In this document: piece by piece, positions 49,701-60,779 of the stretch
Layout: the number at the start of each line of letters is the position of its first letter
Numbering within the stretch: the first letter of the stretch is position 1
Assembly: GCA_004431415.1 (NCBI GenBank)
Contig: QPMI01000327.1
Span: 1 to 61,337 of the forward strand
DNA length: 61,337 nt
Origin: Cyanophora paradoxa CCMP329
Lineage: Eukaryota; Plantae; Glaucophyta
Direction: 5' to 3'
Notes under the pieces: model-generated
The model's database searches: none
The model's input: only the letters and a program-made list of their open reading frames with translations
What the model was told of the DNA's origin: nothing
Program-made: the position numbers and the translations under genes

Positions 49701-52700
49701 GTGGCGAGCCGGATCCGGGAGGAGTGCTGGGACTCGATGGAGGTCAAGGGCGCCGCCATCGTCGGCTTTGGCGGCACCCTCCAGGCCCGCCCCGCCGCGG
49801 CGCCACGCCCCCCGCCCCGCCGCGCCCCGCTGAACCCCGCCGGGGGCGCAGGTGGCGAACTTCCCCGTGCGGCGCCTCTCGGAGCGGGAGCGCAGCGCCC
49901 TGCGCGCCGCCCGCGTGCGCAGCGCCCACTCCCTGGACTCCCCCGGGCGCCGGCCGACGGGGCGCGGGGCGCAGGCGCTGCGGCGGGCGGAGCGGGCGGA
50001 GATGCTGGAGCGGCTGCGGGAGGGCGTGGACGAGAGCGTGGCGCTGACCGCGGAGGAGCGCGCCAAGGAGTACCTCGACACCGTCCACCCCTCACCGAGG
50101 GCCAGTCCGCCAACGCCGGCATGGGCGGCCGCCCCGCCCCGCTCCGGCCCCCGACCCGCCCCGACGGCTCCTCCCCGGGGCCCCTCGACGCCGCCCCGGC
50201 GCCCCGGCGGCCGCCGCGGCCTCCGCGGCCGGCGGCCCCGGCGCATCGAGCGCGACGGGGCGGGGAGGGCGGGGAGGGCAAGGGGCCGGCTCCGGGGCGG
50301 GGGCCGGGCGGAGGAGGGGGCGGGGGAGGAGGACGCGGTGGACGCCGGCAGCGCCGGGGGCGGCCAGGGGAGCGGCCCCGACCCCCTCTCCGGCCCCCAG
50401 GCCGTGCGCCCCGCCCCGCCCCGCCCGCACCCCCGTCTGCGCGCCCGGGGCGTGACGCGGGGCGTTCGGTGGCAGGCGGTGGCGGCGGCGGGGGCGCTGG
50501 AGAAGGCGGGGGAGGTGGGGCTCCTGTACCACCCGCTGGCGCTCTGCGTGCGGGGCCGCATCCCGCTGCAGGTCGCCCTCATCCGCAACTACATCGCCGA
50601 CATCCAGGCCGCCTTCAACCGCCAGTTCGACGAGCTGCGCGACGCCAAGCGGGGCGAGCTCGAGCGCCTCCAGGAGCGCAACGCCCGCCTCGCCGCCATC
50701 GTCGCCGAGATCGGGGCCGACCCGGGGGAGTACCTGCTGCCCGTGCGGGAGGCGGACGATGAGCACCCGGAGCGCGTGCTCGAGGTTCGCGACGAGGAGG
50801 TCACCGCCCCCCGCTTCGAGGCCCCCGAGGAGAAGGCCCGCCGCGAGGAGGAGGAGCGCCGCCGCCGGCGCCGCGAGGAGGAGGCGGACGGGGAGGGGGA
50901 CATGTTCCAGCGCGCGCTGATGGCGATGATGGACGGGACGCTGGAGGCGAAGAAGGAGGAGAAGGGGAAGGAGGAGGTCGTGCGGCCCGACTGGATGAGC
51001 TCGCCCCCCGAGACCTGGAGCGAGGAGCAGAAGAAGGCCGCCGCCGAGATCGAGGCGCGCGCCAAGGCCCTCCAGGAGGAGAAGGAGAAGGCGCGCAAGG
51101 CGCTCGAGGCGGAGGCGAAGAAGGTGAAGCAGGAGGCGAAGGAGGCGTGCGAGCGCTTCGACGAGCGGCTCCAGCGGCTGCTCGAGGCGCGCCTCGCCGT
51201 CGAGCAGGCGATCCACGAGCAGGAGCTACGCATCATCCGCCTCTCCTACGCCACGCTCCGCCAGGAGCTGCAGCACCAGCGCGCCGGCGAGCTCTCCCGC
51301 CGCCTCGGCGAGGTCACCAAGCAGCGCGCCGCCGCCTCGGCCGCCCTCAACGGGTTCCGGCGCGAGGTGGAGCAGCAGCGGGCGGTGCTGGACGAGCTGG
51401 TGGCGCAGGACCGGGCGATAGACAAGGGCGCGCGGCGCGAGTTCGCCGAGTTCGAGCCGCACGTCGCCGCCATGCTCCAGCTCTTCAAGCGCCGGGGCCG
51501 CCGCCCCGCGCCGGCCCCCGTCGCCAGCCACGCCCCCGGGGACGCGACGGCGCGGTCGGGCGGGGCGGAGGGGCTGCGGGCGAGCCTCGGGGCGAGCAGC
51601 CGGAGCATGCGGCAGCTGCACCCCTCGAGCTCCACCAAGGACTCCAAGGGCCTCCGCGCCCGCACCCCGGGGTCCGCCCCGCGCCCCCCGCCTCCACGCC
51701 GCCCGGGCGCCCTGACGCGGGGAGGGGCAGGGACGGGCAGAGCGTCGGGGAGGGGCGGGACGGGGAGGCGACCTCGGCGTCGGCGGCGGAGACGCCGGCC
51801 CCGGAGCCGCGCTCGCCCTCCGCCGCCGGGAGGCGGCGGGGGCCGGGGCGGGCGGCGGGGCGGGGCGCGGGGCGGCCTCCTCGGCGCTGGACCCGTTCGC
51901 GGCGTTCGACGAGGACGAGCGGGCGGGGGGCGCGGCGGCCGCGGAGCCGCTCGACGAGGCGCTGGACTGCCCCGAGGGCCTCGAGGCGGCCGGCTGGGCG
52001 CGCCTCGTCGAGGCCCGCAACCGCAAGATCGAGCTCGAGGCGGAGGTCCGGCGCCGCTCGGCGGCCTTCGACGCGATGCTGCGGAAGCTGCGGGCGCTCG
52101 GGGAGGAGGAGGAGCGGCTGCAGGGGGAGATGGAGCGGCTGGCGCTGGGGGCGCGGGAGGCGAGCGAGGCGCTGGCGCGGGCGGCGCTGGACGTGGAGGT
52201 GCTGCTGCGCCTCAAGCAGGGGCAGGTCGAGGTGCAGTCGGGCCCCGTCGTCACCGACCTCGGCGACGCCCTCCTCCTCCCCCGCGCCGCCGTCGCCGAC
52301 ACCAACTCCCGCATCAAGGCCGTGCGCCCCGCCCCCGGCCCCGCCCGCCCCCCAGGCCCCGCCCCACCCCACCCGCCCCTGAGGCGGGGCGGCGCAGGGC
52401 GGGTCGGAGAAGGTGGGCGTCCTGCGCGAGATGAAGGAGTTCCGCAAGGGGATCGTGGCCCTCGAGTGGGAGAACCGGATGCTGGACATGAAGAGCGCCG
52501 ACTGGGTGGAGCGCACGCGGGACCTGCAGCTGCTGCGCGTCACCAAGGGCCTCCAGAGCGTGATCCGGGGCGGGGAGGAGAAGCGGCAGCAGGACGAGGT
52601 GGTGAGCCTGGAGAAGCGGCTGGAGCACATGCGGGACGCGCAGGAGCACGAGGTGCAGCGGCGGCGGGAGGAGATCGCGCGCGTGCAGCGGCAGCTCGAC

Positions 52701-53054
52701 GAGAAGCAGGACGAGAACGACTTCCTCGGGGGCGAGATCGGGCAGCTCGCGGGGGCCGTCGACTCGCGCGGCCGCATCGCCCAGGTCAAGGGCAGCGAGG
52801 AGGAGCACGTGCGGGCCCGCGAGCAGCGGATGCGGGAGATGGTGGCCCAGCGGCGCCTGCGGGAGATGGCGGCGACGCAGACGGACGAGATCGAGATGCT
52901 GCGCGCCGAGGTCGCCCGCATCCGCAAGCGCACCTTCCCCATCTTCGCCCCGCTCCGCCCCAAGCAGAAGCAGATGCCCGGCGTCTCCCTCGCCGGCCCC
53001 GCCGCCCCGCCCCCCGCCCACGTCGCCTCCACCGGCTCCCTCCGCTCCCGATAG
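46725..53054 (+). CDS. CFAP43: Cilia- and flagella-associated protein 43 (WD40 repeats plus coiled coil)
   Basis: FVDNETVVFQCGNVL; AFSRDGSRLASIGQFPDYSIVVWDW; RIREECWDSMEVKG; RALMAMMDGTLE; LRLKQGQVEV; RDLQLLRVTKGLQ; RIRKRTFP. Confidence 0.88.
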
Positions 53055-53277
53055 CCGACAGCCCCCCGCCACCCTCCCCCCTCCGATCCCCGCACCCAAC
53101 ACACGCCCCCCGCCCCTCACTTCCGCGCCCCCTTGCCTCTCCCTTTCTTCCCGCTCCGTGCTTCCTTCCTTGTCCGCTGGACCAATCCCGCGTTCTTCGA
53201 GGCTTTGCATTCGCACTCATCTGCACTTCTACTCGGCTAATCCAATGCTGCCCCAAGGTCGTCCGAGGGCCCCGCCC

Positions 53278-53937
53278 CTAACCGTGGCCGGACTCTCCTG
53301 GGGGCCAGGCTGGGGCCATACTCCGCGTCCGCCGGGGCGGACTGCGGCGGGGGAGATCAGCGGGGCCGGGCACGCGTGCCGCAGTGCGCGGGATCGACGG
53401 GAAGCGCACGGCAGCGGGGGCCAGGGAGAGGGAGCGGAGGTGTGCCGCGACGGCGGCGCACTGGGCAAAACCGTTGAAGGGAAGACCCTCGGTGACGGCG
53501 CGGCGGACGTGCTCGGGCATGGCCGTCAGCGGGTTCTCCTCTACGTACACCTCGCGGAGGGCGGCGAGGCGAGAGATCTCCGGCGGCAGCGCCGTCAGCT
53601 GGTTGCCGGGCGCGATTAGCTTCCGCAGCGCCGCGAGCTGCCCTATCTCCGGCGGCAGAGCGGTCAGCTGGTTGTAGCTCAGGTAGATCACCCGCAGGGC
53701 GGCGAGGCGTCCGATCTCCGCTGGCAGCGCCGTCAGCTCGTTGTCGATCAGATTCAAAACCTCCAGACTCGTCAGCTTGGCGAGCTCAGCGCCGGGGATG
53801 CTCGTGAGCTTGTTTCCGCTCAGGTCGAGGTCCTTTATGTTCTCGGGCCCCGCCTCCGCGATCTCTGCCGCCGGCCACTCCGTCCGCCGCTCCTCGTCCA
53901 TGTTCAGCACCCCCTCTTCCGGGTCCCACCAAACCAT
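53278..53937 (-). CDS. Small intronless leucine-rich-repeat protein
   Basis: About five 23-aa LRRs: LDLSGNKLTSIP, LNLIDNELTALPAEIGRL, YLSYNQLTALPPEIGQL, GNQLTALPPEISRL, ENPLTAMP. Confidence 0.85.
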   Translation of the reverse strand: MVWWDPEEGVLNMDEERRTEWPAAEIAEAGPENIKDLDLSGNKLTSIPGAELAKLTSLEVLNLIDNELTALPAEIGRLAALRVIYLSYNQLTALPPEIGQLAALRKLIAPGNQLTALPPEISRLAALREVYVEENPLTAMPEHVRRAVTEGLPFNGFAQCAAVAAHLRSLSLAPAAVRFPSIPRTAARVPGPADLPRRSPPRRTRSMAPAWPPGESGHG

Positions 53938-54349
53938 GCCTGCGAGAGCAGGTCGCGCCGCCACGAGCGCCCCGGCCCACTAAACGAATCCCCCTGGCCT
54001 AGCGCGGCGCATGCGCACCGATGAATGTCGCGCGCGCACTCGCTGGGATACTCGGCCTTAAGCTTCACCTGCAGCTGCCGCCGGGGATGAGAGGAGGTCG
54101 CGCGGCGGTACTCGCATACATGCAGCCGATCATCGAGCCGCAGTCAGCTGCAGGCTGCAGACTCCGGTGCCACTGGGCCAGCGCGGCTGGGGGCGGGGCA
54201 GGGGTAGGGGGAGATTCGGACTTGGCCGGGCGCGGCTGCAGCTGGCGTCTCAAATTCCAAATTCCAAGCTTAAGCTTGAACGGCTCGATCCCGGGTCCGC
54301 GCGCGGGCCGGACCGGCGGGAAGCATGATCCGACCGTCGGACCGGGTAC

Positions 54350-54790
54350 CCGAAGCCGCTGAGCCTTGAAGCTTCATCATGGCATGATCATGATCATCTG
54401 AATTCGAAGTTTGATCTAATTGAACTTCAGGCCGCCCGTGCTTGAATTCGAAACAGCTCCCGGAGTCCTCTGCGAAGCACTGCCCGCCGGGCCGGCGGCA
54501 GCCCAACCTTAACTTACTAAGTTAGAGCTTCAAGGATTGCCGCAGTGCCAGTTGGCAAGCTTACTATTTACTTACTTGGCAAGTTAACCGTTTAACTTGC
54601 AATTGCCTTCACTGTCCCACTGGGCCACGCCGTGTCACACTGTGACAGTGTGGAAGATTTGCCTTAAGCTTTTTGCAGCCCGGCTGCGGACGGCGACCCC
54701 GATCGATATATCGCGAGCTTAGAGTTGAGATACCGTACGCGTGAAACACTGATAGGTAAATGATGCTGTACATGTGCAAAGAAATTCAAT
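54350..54790. repeat. Palindrome-rich, lower-GC intergenic tract
   Basis: atgatcatgatcat, gaattcgaa (twice), aagctt, gttaac, caattg, cttaagctt, gatatatc. Confidence 0.6.
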
Positions 54791-54886
54791 GATTGAAGAG
54801 AAAGAGAGAACTGTACAAGGCTGACATTGACAAGACATTGACAGAGGTGGGACGCGCAGGCAGGCAGCCGGGGGAAGTGGGGCCTA

Positions 54887-56280
54887 CTAGCCCCACCAGC
54901 TCCCGTAGTACGAGACGGGGCGAACATCGACGTCGAGGGCGGCGCCGGCGCGGCAGCAGGGTTCGAGGGCGGCCCCCACGAGGGCACGCACGTCCGCCGC
55001 CCGCACCGCCTCCGTCTCCACGAGCTCCACCCGCACCCTCACCCGCCGCAGCCGGGGGCAGGCGGCGAGCGCCCCGAGGGCCGGCGAGGCGTCGCCATCG
55101 TTGCAGTAGCGCAGCGAGCACCCCTCGAGCGCGCCGCGCGCCGCCGCCAACGCCTCCGCCACCACCCGCACGTCCCCCTCGTTGGACGCTGCGCCCCGCC
55201 CCGGCGGTGAGCGAGGCCGCGGGAGGGAGGGGGGGCGCCGGCCGGCCTCGGGAGTCAGCACCTCTGAAGAAGGGGAGGGCGAGCTCGAGATGGCGGAGGG
55301 GGCCGGCGGGGAGGGTGCCGCCGAGGCCGCGGAGGGCGGCCATCGAGACGTCCAGCCTCGCGGAGCGCAGGTGGGGCAACCCCGAGAAGAACCGCACCGC
55401 ATCCTCTGCGCTCCCGAGCTGCGCATCGCCGGCCCGTCAGCGGCGGGGGCGGCGGGGGCGGGGCGTGCGGGCGCGCGGGGCGCACGTAGACACCGTCGCA
55501 GCAGCGCTCGAGGAGGGGGCAGCGGAGGAGGTACCCGAGGAAGATGCCGCCGCCGGCGTGGAGCTCGCGCAGGCGGGGCCCGAGCAGGTCGACGACGGCG
55601 GCGAGGCAGCCGTCGGAGAGCTGGCGGTAGCGCTCGCCCACGGCCGGGAGGCGCAGGCGCTCGAGGCCCGTGAAGGCGGGGAGGGCGGCGAGGAGGCGCT
55701 CGCAGACGGTGGCCCGGGCGAGCTCGTTGCGCTCCCTCCGCGTCATGCGGGGCCGGGGCCGCCGCGGGTCCCGCCCGTGCGCCTCCGCGTCGGCCACGAA
55801 GGCGAGGGCGCGCAGGGCGCCCGCCGCCGGCGCCTCCGCGAGCGCGTCGAGCGCCCGCAGCCCCACGAGGACCGCGCGGTTGGGGTGCCCACTCACCCCC
55901 AGGCGCACGTCCACCTCCCGCAGGGTGAAGCCGCTGCCCGGCGCCGCCGCGCTGCAGCTGCCGAGCGCCAGCGCCGAGAGCAGCGCCACCGGCTGCTCCT
56001 GCTGCTCATCGGACTGCTCTTGCTCTTGCTTGAACGCGGCGACGAGGCGCACGTCACCGCGGACGCAGAGGCGCCCGTCCCGCGCCAGCGCCGTCGCGGC
56101 GTGCGCCTCCGCCTCCGTGCGCACCTCGAGCTCGAAAGAGGACCAGTGCATCCCCTCGATGGCATCTTTCCAGGCGCGGGAGACGCGCCGCGCCCGCCAG
56201 GACGAGCGCGCGCCGGCGTGGTGCAGGACGCGCTCGAGCAGGTCCAGCGGCAGGTCGTTGAGGCTCGCACCGGGCGCCAT
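54887..56280 (-). CDS. F-box/LRR-like protein
   Basis: MAPGASLNDLPLDLLERVL..RARRVSRAWKDAI (F-box); FTGLERLRLP, LPHLRSARL, LAACPRLRRV. Confidence 0.7.
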
Positions 56281-56539
56281 TGTCGTCTCCCAGCGCAAAA
56301 CTGCCAGAATGCTGCGCGGCCGCCATCTTGTCCTTCGTCTACCTGACACGGTGACACCTATCTTTACTAAGTTAGCCGGCTCGGGGTATAGACGGGCTTA
56401 AAAAATGAAATGAAGTGAATTCCGAGCATTGAATTCAAGAATAAACTATTTTTTTTTGAGAGACTACGGTGGGGCGAACCCCCCGTAGGTAGTGATATTA
56501 AAGACAACAATGCAATCACAAATCAAAGATACAGTAAAC

Positions 56540-56860
56540 TAACATGGCCGACTTCAAAGTTCGAATTCATGTGCATGCAGCCGAGCGGGCACCCTCCCAT
56601 ATGCATGCATCGGATGCAAGCCGCTGCAGCTTAGCACAGGCGCCCGGGCGGCCCGGCGCGCGGCGGCCGGCGCCGACGGCGACGCGTACGGCGGCGCCGC
56701 GCCTTCGAATTCGCGACCATCGGACCGAGCCTCAGGCGCCCGGGGCCGGCCTGCTCGATAGCTCATGATCGTGATCAGTGTGACCAGACCTCGCCGAGTC
56801 GACCCTAGATCTAGATCCGATGATTCCGATCGCGATGATCCTGCGTCAAGCTAGCTGTAG
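56540..56860. repeat. Palindrome-rich intergenic tract
   Basis: ttcgaattc (twice), catatgcatgcat, tcatgatcgtgatca, ctagatctag, gatcgcgat, agctagct. Confidence 0.6.
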
Positions 56861-57100
56861 CCGCCGAGTTCTCCCGCAGATCGGCAGCTGGCGCCATGCA
56901 ACGCTGTGATGCGAGCGAAAGTTCCACAATCACCGTGGCACACGGAAAGAAGAGCGGAGAAGGGATCATCGGATCGACTAGGGCAGCGAGGGCGGCAAGG
57001 GTGCCCTCGCTCGGGCACCGCGATGGCCGGGGGCTCAAACTCCCGGCGGCTAGAACTCGAGAGAGTCAAAACTGGCGGCCCGGCGGGAGGGGAGGCGGGT

Positions 57101-58950
57101 TCAAGGGGAGACGAGGTTCTCGATGCCGCTCTTGACCTGCGGCGGGGGCTCAGCGGGGGCGGCCGGGGGGCCGGGGGGGCGGGGGCAGGGGGGCGGGCCT
57201 TGGCGGAGACGATGCGGTCGCCGACCTTGAGGTCCTTGAGGACGTCGGCGCCCGTCGTCACGTACCCGAAGACCGAGTAGCGCCCGTCCAGCAGGTTCGC
57301 CCCCGCGGGGGTCAGCTCGGCCTCGAAGAGCACCCAGAAGAACTGGGAGGAGGCGCCGTCGAACTCGAACTCGGGGCGGGCCATCGCCATGGTGCCGTAG
57401 GCGGAGAAGGGCAGCACGGGCTCCGCCTTGGGCCGCCCCGCGTCCTCCAGCGTCACCCCGTACGTCGGGCTCTTGTCCCCCTTGACGAGGATCTCCAGCG
57501 GGATCTTCCGCTCCTCCCCCGTCTTGGGGTCCACGAAGCCCTCCGCCGGCCCCGCCGGGTCGCCCGACTGGACTGCGCGCACCACCGCTCAGGCCCCCCG
57601 CGAGGGCGGGCGGCCCGGGCTGCTCTGGCGCGCGGGCGCACTGACGAAGCCGTCGGAGCGGGTGATGTCGAGGCCGTCGTAGAAGCCGCGCTGCACCAGG
57701 TCCACGAAGTTGCCCGCCGTGATCGGCGCGCTGCCCGCCCCGCCTCGGCGGGCGGCGGCGGAGACGGGGAGCGCCGGCGCGCACCTGTAGCCGTCGACGA
57801 CAGCGACGATGCGCTCGCGGGCCTTGCGCTCCACGCCGCCCTCGGCCTGATGGGGGCGGCGCGGGTGAGCGGCGGGGGCGGGGGCGGGGGCGGGGCGGAG
57901 GGGGCGGGCGGGCCTTGGTGGCCTCGACGTCGAACTCGACGGTGGCGCGCCCCAGCAGCCGCGGCAGCCCCTTGTACTCCTCCGGGATCGAGTACGGGAA
58001 CTGCACGCCCCCGCCCCGCCCCGTCGGCCCGGCGGGCGGGGCGGGCGGGAGGAGGGGCGGTGCGCAGGCCGCGTGCGCGCACCTCGGAGATCATGAGCTC
58101 CTCGAGCTTGCCGACCTTGTCGAGGCTCTGCTGCTGCAGAAGCGCCACGACGTCGCCGTTCTTCTCCTCGATCGACTCGCGCATCTGGTTCAGGTAGCCC
58201 TGCACCTCCTCCAGCAGCTTCTTCGCCTGCGCCGCCCCGCGGTCGCGCCCCGGCCCCGCCCCGCACGCGCACGTGCGCCAGATTCGATCGCACCTCCTCC
58301 TGGCGCGCCGACGGCACGGCGGCAAGGATCTGGGCCTCCTGCTTGGTTGCCGCGCTCTGGGCCTTGTTCCACTCGGCGCGGATCTGCGTCCACTTCGCGT
58401 TCATAGGAATCCGGAAAGCGTTCGTCATGTTCTCGAGGGCGAGCTGGCACTCCCTGGACGACCGGCGTCAGCCGTCTGGCGCCCCGCTTCGTTTCCTTCA
58501 CGGCGCGCACCGGATCGGCTTGTTGTCGACCGGGAGCGAGAGCCGGAGGAGCGAGTACGCGCCCTTGACGGGGTTGGAGGACGGCAGAGCGTACGACGGC
58601 TGGCTGACGCCGGCGCCGGCGATCATAAGCGAGGCAATCGCCGCCATGGCCGTCTTCAGCGAGGCGCTCTCGCGGTGGCGCGCCCAGCCGGCCTCGACGA
58701 ACTGACGGATATCCGCAGCTGCACGCGCCACGCCGGTCTCCTCATTCTGGCTGGAGCAGCGAACGGATGTCGACGCGGTCGCGAAGTTGCGAACGGAGGC
58801 GGACGGCTGGGTTGACAGCTTCGAACCGAAGAAGCTGCGATGAAGGCCGGTTCGACTGCGGTGCTCGAGGCGGCTGACGGCGGAACGGCCGGTGATAGCC
58901 GAAACTGCGGTCGGAGCTGCGAGCGGGACGGCGACGGAGAAGGCCTCCAT
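57101..58950 (-). CDS. CYP38: Thylakoid-lumen cyclophilin, CYP38/TLP40 type
   Basis: Bipartite presequence [29 protein letters not shown]; [11 protein letters not shown]; [18 protein letters not shown]; VVDGY|[20 protein letters not shown]; RKIPLEI; [13 protein letters not shown]; SSQFFW; [11 protein letters not shown]. Confidence 0.92.
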
Positions 58951-58981
58951 GACTACAGGACGCCCTAGGTGATTCGACCAC

Positions 58982-58988
58982 GTACCCC
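58982..58988 (-). promoter_or_regulatory. GGGGTAC in the 154-bp divergent CYP38/KAE1 spacer
   Basis: cgtacccccg. Confidence 0.55.
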
Positions 58989-59104
58989 CGCAAGCACGGC
59001 TTAGCACGCAGCGGTGCCCAGCGCTGCCCGATCAGGCGACGGAGCATAGTTTTCGAGCTAGCTAGACGCAAAGGTAGCTCCCGCCGCGCGGCGGGTCGGC
59101 GGGA

Positions 59105-60584
59105 ATGCTGGTCATCGGGTTCGAGGGCTCCGCCAACAAGCTCGGCGTGGGCATCGTGCGCGACGATGGCACGATACTGTCGAACCCGCGGCACACGTAC
59201 ATCACGCCGCCTGGCGAGGGGTTCCTCCCTCGCGAGACGGCCTTGCACCACCAGCAGTGGGCGATTGAGATGACCAAGCGCGCCCTGGCCGAGGCCAACG
59301 TCACCCCCGATCAGATCGATGCGATCGCGTACACGAAAGGCGAGCTCGCGCGCGGCGCGGCCCCGGCCGACGCTGACCGGGCGGGTGGCGCGCAGGCCCC
59401 GGGATGGGGGCGCCGCTGCGGTCGGCGGCGGTGGTGGTGCGGGTGCTGGCGCAGCTGTGGAAGAAGCCCGTCATCGCCGTCAACCACTGCATAGGGCGTG
59501 CGTCCCGCGGCGAGGCGGCGGGGTGCGGGCGGGGCCGACGGGGCGGCAGACATCGAGATGGGGCGGGTGGTGACGGGCGCGGAGGACCCGATCGTGCTCT
59601 ACGTGAGCGGCGGGAACACGCAGGTCATCGCCTACTCGAACGGCAGGTGCGCGGCGTCGGCGGCGGCGGGGCGGGAGCGGGGCGGGGCGGGCGGACGAGG
59701 GGGGGGCCCGGCAGGTACCGGATCTTCGGGGAGACGATCGACATCGCGGTGGGGAACTGCCTTGACCGCTTCGCGCGCATCATCGGCCTCTCCAACGACC
59801 CCAGCCCCGGCTACAACATCGAGCAGGCCGCCAAGCTGTCCGCCCCCGCCCCCCCGCCCGCCCGCTGGGCCGCCGGGCCGCCGGGCGAGGCGTGGGGCGG
59901 GGGCACGCAGGGGCAAGCAGTACGTGGAGCTGCCGTACGTGGTGAAGGGGATGGACGTCTCCTTCTCCGGCCTCCTTACCTTCATCGAGCAGGCCCGCCC
60001 CGCCCCCGCCCCCGCCCCCGCCCCCGCCCCCGCCCCCGCCCCCGCCCCCGCCCCCGCCCCCGCCCCGCCCTGACTGGGCCGGGCGGGCAGGTGGCGCGGG
60101 AGAAGCTGGCGTCGGGGGAGGCGACGAAGGAGGACCTCTGCTTCTCCCTCCAGGAGACCATCTTCGCCATGCTCGTCGAGATCACCGGCCCGCCCCCGCC
60201 CCCGCCCCGCCAGCGCCCCGCCCCCCGCCGCGCTCACCGGCGCCGGCAGAGCGGGCGATGGCGCACTGCGGGAAGCGGGACGTGCTGGCGGTGGGCGGCG
60301 TCGGCTGCAACGCGCGCCTGCAGGAGATGCTGGCGCAGATGGCGGGGCAGCGCGGCGGGCGGGTCTTCTGCACGGACGAGCGCTTCTGCATCGACAACGG
60401 TGCGATGATCGCGTGGGCGGGCCTCCTCATGCACCGCCGCGGCCACTCCACGCCCCTCTCCGAGACCACCTGCACCCAGCGGCGCGCCCTCCCCCCGCCC
60501 CGCCCCGCTCGCCTGCCCGGGCCCCGGCGAGCGTGGCGCAGGTTCAGGACGGACGAGGTGGAGGTGGACTGGCGGGACGACTGA
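59105..60584 (+). CDS. KAE1: tRNA N6-threonylcarbamoyltransferase Kae1/OSGEP (7 introns)
   Basis: [13 protein letters not shown]; GPGMGAPL; VNHCIGHIEMGR; [11 protein letters not shown]; [18 protein letters not shown]; [14 protein letters not shown]; [10 protein letters not shown]; QRFRTDEV. Confidence 0.97.
59994..60070 (+). repeat. (CCCGCC)n intronic tandem repeat
   Basis: About 12 tandem units in KAE1 intron 5. Confidence 0.85.
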
Positions 60585-60779
60585 CCCCGCCCCCGCCCCG
60601 GCGCGCCCCGCTCTCCGTCGCAGTATGGTACAAGTCGAACATTACATGTACACCCCGGCCCTGCAAAACTGCACGCCGCCGCCGACGCTGCAGGCCTAGT
60701 TGAAAGCTAGCTCGCGAATGCAAGTACAAAACAGAGCGGGAAAGATGACGAGGGGGAGAGGAAAAGGGAAGCAGGGGGG

